Assembly: GCA_025340205.1 (NCBI GenBank)
Contig: CP006868.1
Span: 300,001-332,000 of the forward strand
DNA: 32,000 nt
Direction of reading: 5' to 3'
From: Ignicoccus pacificus DSM 13166
Lineage (GTDB): Archaea; Thermoproteota; Thermoprotei_A; Sulfolobales; Ignicoccaceae
Shown here: piece after piece, positions 26,605-32,000 of the stretch
Numbering within the stretch: position 1 is the first letter of the stretch
Layout: each line of letters starts with the position of its first letter
The notes under the pieces: generated by a model
What the model was told of the DNA's origin: nothing
Database searches by the model: none
Seen by the model: the letters and a program-made list of their open reading frames with translations, nothing else
Position numbers and translations under genes: made by a program

Positions 26605-28589
26605 ACATCCTCCTGCCTCATCACTAGGCTCTCCCTTATGTGAGGGGTGAAGACCTCCAAGTCTCCCGGAAGGCCAAGCCTTCTGGTGTTCCTCCTTATC
26701 GCTCTGGCCAGCCCCTCTATCCTAGTGGGCTCTCCGTGGTTCAGTATTATCCTTCTGGGCTTGGGGTTCAAGGCCCTAAGCCAGCTGAGGAGCTCGCTTC
26801 TCGAGCTGTGACCCGAGAAGCCCTCCACGCTGTAGACGTGGAGCTTTACCTCTATGGGAATGGGCGTTCCTCCCTCCTGGATCCACACCTTGTTGGCCCC
26901 CTCCTTCAGCTGCCTTCCCAAGGTTCCGGCGGCTTGGTATGCTACGAAGACCACCGAATGCTTGGGATCCTCAGCCATGTACTTGAAGTACTCTAAGGCC
27001 GGTCCTCCGGTCAGCATTCCGGAGGTGGCTATGATCACTCCGGGCTCCCTCTCTATTAGGTCCCTCCTGCTCACCTCCTTCAAGCTCACCCTTTCCACGA
27101 AGTCCTCCAAGAACGGATTCTCTCCTTGCAGTATCCTCTCCTTTATCTCCTTGTTAAGCCACTCCGGATAGGCGGCGTGGATCGCCGTTACCTCGTACAC
27201 CATTCCGTCTAGGTATATCTTGGGGGTCTTGCCGTCGGGGGTTTTGAGGAGGCCCTTCTTTATGGCGTCGACCAGCACCAGCAGAATCTCCTGGCCTCTT
27301 CCTATTGCTAGAACGGGTATCAGGACGAAGCCTCCCCTTTCTAAGGTCTTGTTTATGATATCTATCAGTATCCTTTCAGAAAGTTCCCTAGGCGGAAGAT
27401 CCTCCGTTCCGTAGGTGCTCTCCATTATTACTGCCTCTACCCTCGGGAACTTATCGCTCGCTTTGTTGAGGAGTCTCGTGTTGGAATACTTCATGTCTCC
27501 TGTGTAAACTACGTTGTAGAAGCCCTCTCCAACGTGAAGGTGAGCCATGGCGCTTCCCAGGATGTGCCCGGCGTTGTGGAAGGTCAGCTTGATGTCAGGA
27601 GCTATATCCGTTACTTCGCCGTAGTTAATTGCAATTGTTCTCATGAGCATGTCGCTTATGTCGCTGTGGCTGAAGGGGGTGAGCCTTCCTTGCTTTTGCG
27701 CCACCTCTATGTAGTCGGTTAGCATCAAGTACATGAGGTCCCTAGTGGGAGGGGTCACGTACACCGGGCCCCTGTAGCCGTACTTGTAGAGCAGAGGCAC
27801 CAGACCGCAGTGATCCAAGTGAGCATGAGTTACCACTACCGCGTCGAGCTCCTCTAATGGTAGGTCCTCAGCCCTTGGATAGTGCTTTATGGGATCGTAG
27901 GAGCTCAAGTTAACTCCGAAGTCCAAGAGTACCTTAGACTCTCTCGTCTCCAGCAGTATAGCCGATCTTCCGACCTCTTGGAAGCCTCCCAGAGCAGTTA
28001 TCCTGACGTGGTTTTGTTCTGCCTTGAAGACCAAGGGTCTATGGATTCTCTCTCCGATGTCCTTCAGTACGTCAAGTCTTTTCTTGGCATTGGTCCTGTA
28101 AAAGCTCCTTATGTCCAAGATAGTCTTAGACTCGAGGGGAGGTTGTCTTATCACTACCGGCTTCCACCCGGTCTCCACGAGGATCTTCCTCTGCCTCTGA
28201 CCGCCCTTTCCTACCACGTATCCGGGCTTGGTGGTTATGATGTAGACCTCTCCGGTGCTCGGCTCGAAGTCCACGTCAACCACGTTCTCCTTTCCCGCTA
28301 TCTGGAGTATCTTCTCCTTTGCCTCCGACTTCGATTTCCTTATATGTTCGTCCGGCTTCACAACTATCCTTTTTCTAACTTGTCTCGCCACGTTCCTTAC
28401 TATCTCCGGCTTCTCATATATTGGAAGGAGATTCCTGGCGTAGACCGATACCTCCGGCCCTTCGTATTCTATTCTCGTTATCATTAATTCTTTGGGGAGG
28501 AGGTCCGCCACTCTCTTCTTCACTATTTCACGGTAAGCATCTCTCGCGCTCACTCTCCACACCTCTTTTCTAAGAGAAATAGTAGGCAC
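26601..28589 (-). CDS. KH-domain metallo-beta-lactamase/beta-CASP ribonuclease (aCPSF1/FttA)
   Basis: Two KH-like segments, then VVVTHAHLDHCGLVPLLYKYGYRGPVYVTPPT, STYG, SGMLTGGPALEY, HGEPTRIEGLARAIRR. Confidence 0.95.
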   Translation of the reverse strand: MPTISLRKEVWRVSARDAYREIVKKRVADLLPKELMITRIEYEGPEVSVYARNLLPIYEKPEIVRNVARQVRKRIVVKPDEHIRKSKSEAKEKILQIAGKENVVDVDFEPSTGEVYIITTKPGYVVGKGGQRQRKILVETGWKPVVIRQPPLESKTILDIRSFYRTNAKKRLDVLKDIGERIHRPLVFKAEQNHVRITALGGFQEVGRSAILLETRESKVLLDFGVNLSSYDPIKHYPRAEDLPLEELDAVVVTHAHLDHCGLVPLLYKYGYRGPVYVTPPTRDLMYLMLTDYIEVAQKQGRLTPFSHSDISDMLMRTIAINYGEVTDIAPDIKLTFHNAGHILGSAMAHLHVGEGFYNVVYTGDMKYSNTRLLNKASDKFPRVEAVIMESTYGTEDLPPRELSERILIDIINKTLERGGFVLIPVLAIGRGQEILLVLVDAIKKGLLKTPDGKTPKIYLDGMVYEVTAIHAAYPEWLNKEIKERILQGENPFLEDFVERVSLKEVSRRDLIEREPGVIIATSGMLTGGPALEYFKYMAEDPKHSVVFVAYQAAGTLGRQLKEGANKVWIQEGGTPIPIEVKLHVYSVEGFSGHSSRSELLSWLRALNPKPRRIILNHGEPTRIEGLARAIRRNTRRLGLPGDLEVFTPHIRESLVMRQEDV

Positions 28590-28620
28590 TCATAAGGAGC
28601 TCTCGAAGCACCGCTCCACC

Positions 28621-29085
28621 CTACAGAAGGCGGTATTTATGCATAAGTGTAGCGATTAACCACGGCTCCTTTGCACCCTTGGACTTGTTGACCTTAGAGG
28701 GAAAGTTCTTACAGAGCAACTCCAAGGGGCACGCGGAGCAGTTTCGGTCACAGTAGGCTCTATACCTCTCGAGGCCTTCGGAGATCTTCCACCTTGTATA
28801 AGCTATTTCCCTCTTAACTTCCATTATTTCCTCAGCAATTGCCATAGCTTCGAGACCTTTAGACTTCTCGAGCTCATCCTCTAAGACCTTCTTCAGCTCG
28901 ACGAGCTTGTTGAGCCAAGACGCTAACGATTTCAAGTAGCCGGGGGGAGGGGGCTCTTCTTCAGCCTCGCTCAAGGCCCTAAGCCTCTCGACGGTTTCCT
29001 CCACCTCCTCCACTAGCTCATCCGCTTCCTCGAGCCCCTCTTCGACCTCCTCCTCGAGCGACTCCAGAACTTCTAGCTCCTCCAT
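28621..29085 (-). CDS. hypothetical protein with acidic helical N-terminus and C-terminal Cys cluster
   Basis: RAYCDRNCSACPLELLC near the C-terminus; upstream of and co-oriented with aCPSF1. Confidence 0.6.
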   Translation of the reverse strand: MEELEVLESLEEEVEEGLEEADELVEEVEETVERLRALSEAEEEPPPPGYLKSLASWLNKLVELKKVLEDELEKSKGLEAMAIAEEIMEVKREIAYTRWKISEGLERYRAYCDRNCSACPLELLCKNFPSKVNKSKGAKEPWLIATLMHKYRLL

Positions 29086-29099
29086 CCTAGCCCTAAGAG

Positions 29100-29621
29100 G
29101 TGCTAGGCTTGGGAGTTCATGAACACGAGAGGTTCGGACCCAAGAGGGTGAAGGTGGGAATAGTAGTCGTCTCGGACGCTGTTTATGAAGGAAGGAGGGA
29201 AGACATAAGCGGGAAGCTCGCTAAAGAGAAGGTCTCAAAGGAGCACGACGTGGTCTACTTCGCTATAGTTCCCAACGACGAAACGGCAATCCTCGACTCG
29301 CTTGAAAACGCCAAGGGCGCTGGGGCGGATTTCGTCTTGTTCATAGGAGGTAGCGGAATAGGTCCCAACGATAAGACGGTGGACTTGATCTCTCCTATGG
29401 GCAAGGAACTTCCCGGCTTCGGGGAACTCTTCCGCTATGAGACCTACAGGAAGCACGGCTCCTTAGCGATACTCTCCAGAGCTGGCCTCTGGGCGGTGAA
29501 CAAGACGCTAGTAGCCGTAACCCCCGGAAATCCCGACGCCGTCGAGATAGCCTTGAACTTGCTCCTACCCGTGTTGAGGCACTTGGTGGTAGAGGTTAAG
29601 GGGCTAAGGCACAAGAAGTGA
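29100..29621 (+). CDS. moaB: MoaB/MogA-family molybdopterin adenylyltransferase
   Basis: KVGIVVVSDAVYEGRREDISG, FVLFIGGSGIGPNDKTVDLISPMGKELPGFGELFRYETYRKHG, VAVTPGNPDAV. Confidence 0.88.
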   Translation: MLGLGVHEHERFGPKRVKVGIVVVSDAVYEGRREDISGKLAKEKVSKEHDVVYFAIVPNDETAILDSLENAKGAGADFVLFIGGSGIGPNDKTVDLISPMGKELPGFGELFRYETYRKHGSLAILSRAGLWAVNKTLVAVTPGNPDAVEIALNLLLPVLRHLVVEVKGLRHKK

Positions 29622-29622
29622 G

Positions 29623-30180
29623 TTACTCCTTCACCCACGGTATTTTCCAGAACCAATCATCTCCCTCCTTTCCTAATGCCTCACAGAGCTCTCTGTAAGG
29701 GCATTTAGAGCACCACTTGCTCCTCTTCGGAGGAGGGAGATACCCATCCTTGATCAACTTCAAGTGGTTTAAGGCGTTGAGGAGCTCCTCTCCATCGTCA
29801 TCATCTACCTCTTTCTCGAACACTTTATCTCTGTACTTTATTACTACCTTTTCCTTCTTTAGAACCATGGCATAAGTTAGGGCTTGGAGGTAGTCGCCGT
29901 ACCAAGCTCCGTTCCTAGGCCCTCTTCCGCTCTTGATCTCTATGATCTCCCTCTCCCCTACCCCGTCTGCCCTCCCTGAGACCTCGAACTCCCCTATCCT
30001 CCCCAGCACCCTTACCTCGCTTTCCTCTTTCATGAGGATTTCAATGAAAAAGTGCCATATCTTTCCTAGGAGCATCCTCACCTTTTGCTTCAGAGTAACC
30101 TCTTTGGCTAAGTGAGTTTCGAAGAACAGCAGCCTCGGGCAGAACGCTAAGGTCCTTAACTCGGAAGGCCTCACCCTCAT
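29623..30180 (-). CDS. Cas4-like PD-(D/E)XK exonuclease
   Basis: LRTLAFCPRLLFFE, SGRADGVGEREIIEIKSG, YLQALTYAMVL, KWCSKCPYRELC: all four Cas4 Cys positions plus nuclease motifs. Confidence 0.87.
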   Translation of the reverse strand: MRVRPSELRTLAFCPRLLFFETHLAKEVTLKQKVRMLLGKIWHFFIEILMKEESEVRVLGRIGEFEVSGRADGVGEREIIEIKSGRGPRNGAWYGDYLQALTYAMVLKKEKVVIKYRDKVFEKEVDDDDGEELLNALNHLKLIKDGYLPPPKRSKWCSKCPYRELCEALGKEGDDWFWKIPWVKE

Positions 30181-30257
30181 CCCTTCTCGAACTCCCCTTC
30201 CCTCTACCCCGCGAAGGGGGTCATGAAGGATAGGAAGCGATGGTAATATTGAGAAAG

Positions 30258-30280
30258 TTGAGGTTGAACAAAAACCTCAA
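30258..30280. repeat. perfect 8-bp inverted repeat (TTGAGGTT-GAACAAA-AACCTCAA)
   Basis: Read directly in the intergenic region upstream of relE. Confidence 0.7.
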
Positions 30281-30337
30281 GGAGCAGTTTCACCTAGTTC
30301 TCTATTGTAATTACCTCTAGGAAGATGGATAACAACG

Positions 30338-30432
30338 ACGGGCGGAGATGATGAGCGACCGACCTCTCGACCGATGAGAGAAGGGCTGGTCTCTGGCCCG
30401 ACCCGCCTTCGTGGGAGAGTGCTACTCGAGAA
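30338..30432 (+). ncRNA. candidate structured RNA (strand uncertain)
   Basis: GC-rich island: outer GGCGG(30341-30345)/CCGCC(30403-30407), inner CTCTC(30364-30368)/GAGAG(30376-30380), GGGC(30383-30386)/GCCC(30396-30399), and a C-box-like ATGATGA at 30348-30354. Confidence 0.35.
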
Positions 30433-30510
30433 TTTAATAATTGTACTTCCCCCACGTCCACCTCCTTCCGGCCTCTAAATTATTCCGCGAAAAGTACGGA
30501 GGGGTAGGAG

Positions 30511-30771
30511 ATGGGTTACACAGTTCAATTAACGAAGAGGGCAGCTAAGGGAGCTCTATTACTCCCAAGGACCTACAAGGAACTTCTGAAGCAGCTAATC
30601 GAAGAGTTAAAGAAAGATCCTCTTCCCAAGAACTTTGATATAAAGAAGCTGAAAGGATACAGGAGCACTTACAGAGTGAGGTTAGGAAGCTACAGGGTGA
30701 TTTACGTAGTTGATGAAAAGAACAAGGTGATCACTCTAACCTACGTAGGGCCTCGTGGAGAGGCATATTGA
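30511..30771 (+). CDS. RelE/ParE-superfamily toxin
   Basis: VQLTKRAAKGALLL...FDIKKLKGYRSTYRVRLGSYRVIYVVDEKNKVITLTYVGPRGEAY. Confidence 0.88.
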   Translation: MGYTVQLTKRAAKGALLLPRTYKELLKQLIEELKKDPLPKNFDIKKLKGYRSTYRVRLGSYRVIYVVDEKNKVITLTYVGPRGEAY

Positions 30772-30895
30772 GGAGTTCCTCGAACTCCTCCAAACTAACG
30801 ACTTCTGCTTTACCGCTCAAGAACTCCTCGATCGCCTCCACTTCGTCGGGCAGAGGCTCGACCTCTTCTATTACTTCCCTAGCAGCTCTACTCAA
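30731..30895 (-). CDS. short RelB-like antitoxin ORF, antisense/convergent to relE
   Basis: Hand translation from TTG at 30895: MSRAAREVIEEVEPLPDEVEAIEEFLSGKAEVVSLEEFEELLNMPLHEALRRLE*. Strong match to EVEPLPDELEAIEEF in the plus-strand copy. Confidence 0.6.
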   Translation of the reverse strand: MSRAAREVIEEVEPLPDEVEAIEEFLSGKAEVVSLEEFEELLNMPLHEALRRLE

Positions 30896-30959
30896 CTTTC
30901 CCAACCCCTCTTACATAACATTAATACCGTATAATAGCTCGCCCTCTCAAAAGTAGCTG

Positions 30960-31206
30960 ATGCTCAGAGAGCTTCTGAACTCCGACACAGTTCCCAATAC
31001 GGGAATTGGATTGCTGACCCAAGATGAGCTTCGGGAGATCAAGAGGCTCCTGGAGAGGGTGGAGGAACTCTTGGAGATATCTCTTCAAGGAGGTTGAGCC
31101 CTTACCAGACGAGCTGGAAGCAATCGAAGAGTTCAAAAAGGAGAAGGATAACTTGGAGCTAATCCCCTTAGAGGAGGTCGAACGTGAGCTCAGTAACTCT
31201 AACTAG
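30960..31206 (+). pseudogene. RelB-like antitoxin, apparently split by a frameshift
   Basis: Frame 1 from ATG 30960: MLRELLNSDTVPNTGIGLLTQDELREIKRLLERVEELLEISLQGG* (stop 31095-31097). Frame 2 to 31206: ...YLFKEVEPLPDELEAIEEFKKEKDNLELIPLEEVERELSNSN*. Confidence 0.55.
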
Positions 31207-31382
31207 GAAGGCTCTGAAGGAGCTCGAGGACTTCCCTTTCGTGAGACTCGACATAAAGAGGTTAGCTGGGAAGAGGAACCACTACCGCTTGAGGGTTGAA
31301 CTGATCAGAGTCCTCTTTTACTACGAAAGGGATTAAGGCGATCGTCTACGCGATAAGGCCGAGAGCGCGTATTGACTTGTAA
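31184..31382 (+). pseudogene. second RelE-like toxin, truncated by a frameshift
   Basis: From GTG 31184: MSSVTLTRKALKELEDFPFVRLDIKRLAGKRNHYRLRVELIRVLFYYERD* (TAA 31334-31336), continuing in +1 frame KAIVYAIRPRARIDL* to 31382. Confidence 0.75.
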
Positions 31383-31557
31383 GGCCTAACTTAAGGTTAT
31401 TCTAAATTAAGGAAATCTGGGAAAGATCTGTTAGTAAACTCTAGCGAAGTTCTCATAGAAATGAACGATACTTCTGATCGAGAATCATCCAACCGCGCGT
31501 CCTATCAGGCTTGAGAAGAGCTGATAAAATCTTTCAAGCGCATCTCGACGGAGACCG

Positions 31558-31749
31558 ATGAAGCTGGGAAAGCGGGATCCTCAAGGATACTTCGTGATAC
31601 TAGCTGATCCGAGGGCCAAGGAAACGCTTCCCGAAGGAGTTGAAACGATGGATGAAGGAGACGTTTTAATCATAAGGGTGAAGTCGAGATCCCTTGCCAC
31701 TAAGATTGTCAGAAAGCTCGAGAGGGAAGGACTGTTAAGAGGTGCCTAG
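31558..31749 (+). CDS. small hypothetical protein
   Basis: 63 aa ORF MKLGKRDPQGYFVILADPRAKETLPEGVETMDEGDVLIIRVKSRSLATKIVRKLEREGLLRGA. Confidence 0.5.
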   Translation: MKLGKRDPQGYFVILADPRAKETLPEGVETMDEGDVLIIRVKSRSLATKIVRKLEREGLLRGA

Positions 31750-31750
31750 G

Positions 31751-31812
31751 GGCGCCAGGGCAGTTCACCGACCGCCCTCGGCGGCCTCCAGCCCTGGAGG
31801 GCCTCTTGACGC
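31751..31812. other. GC-rich double-hairpin element
   Basis: CCGCC(31772-31776)-CTC-GGCGG(31780-31784) immediately followed by CCTCCA(31785-31790)-GCCC-TGGAGG(31795-31800). Confidence 0.5.
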
Positions 31813-31904
31813 TTTCCTCAGCACCTTCTTATTAGTTGTAGTTGCGCAATTGATCAATAATTAAGTGTTTGCATTTTTAACTCTGTTCAAAAGCATACAT
31901 TTGA

Positions 31905-31915
31905 CTACTTAAATA
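31905..31915 (+). promoter_or_regulatory. putative archaeal TATA-like box (CTACTTAAATA)
   Basis: A/T-rich TTTAWATA-like element about 30 bp upstream of the ATG at 31941. Confidence 0.35.
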
Positions 31916-31940
31916 GCTGATATCTATTAACTTACCCTGG

Positions 31941-32000
31941 ATGATAGGAATGGAGGAAGAAGCTTTGTTAGAGTATTACAAGCACGAAGGAATCGTGCTA
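31941..32000 (+). CDS. start of a CDS running off the window (MIGMEEEALLEYYKHEGIVL...)
   Basis: ATG with an uninterrupted frame to the edge and a TATA-like element upstream; only 20 codons visible. Confidence 0.4.
   Translation, partial: MIGMEEEALLEYYKHEGIVL

Noticed and set aside
30338-30432. Candidate RNA considered as tRNA or canonical C/D box sRNA
   Set aside because: No T-arm consensus (GGTTCRAATCC) and no CTGA D/D' boxes; retained only as an unclassified structured candidate.
1-32000. Transposase, integrase or phage genes that would mark a mobile island around the TA loci
   Set aside because: No transposase, recombinase or structural phage protein motifs were seen; interspersed genes are mostly housekeeping.

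Overview
This is a gene-dense 32 kb chromosomal window. The protein families point to a hyperthermophilic archaeon, probably a Desulfurococcales-type crenarchaeote (inference only). Housekeeping and metabolic genes supported by sequence motifs are: an AMP-binding acyl-CoA synthetase-like protein, DUF432 and MscS, aspartate dehydrogenase (nadX), nadC, diphthine synthase (dph5), indolepyruvate ferredoxin oxidoreductase (iorB/iorA), gatB, a large KamA-like radical SAM protein, purL, GDPD, a Thg1-like tRNA guanylyltransferase, the KH/beta-CASP nuclease aCPSF1, and moaB. Between these lie two Cas4-like PD-(D/E)XK Fe-S nucleases with no CRISPR array, several coiled-coil or transmembrane proteins, and Thr-rich stalked surface proteins. 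The main theme, found by translating regions the ORF track leaves empty, is a cluster of five toxin-antitoxin loci, each carrying a visible lesion or an irregular arrangement: (1) HEPN/MNT with a frameshifted HEPN; (2) VapBC with an active-site Asp-to-Gly change; (3) HEPN/MNT with three in-frame stops plus a frameshift; (4) VapBC with an in-frame stop and two frameshifts; (5) a RelBE-like cluster with an inverted RelB-like ORF and frameshifted second copies. Two GC-rich segments with short perfect hairpins, near 30.34-30.43 kb and 31.75-31.81 kb, are candidate structured RNAs. No CRISPR array, rRNA or recognisable tRNA was seen.
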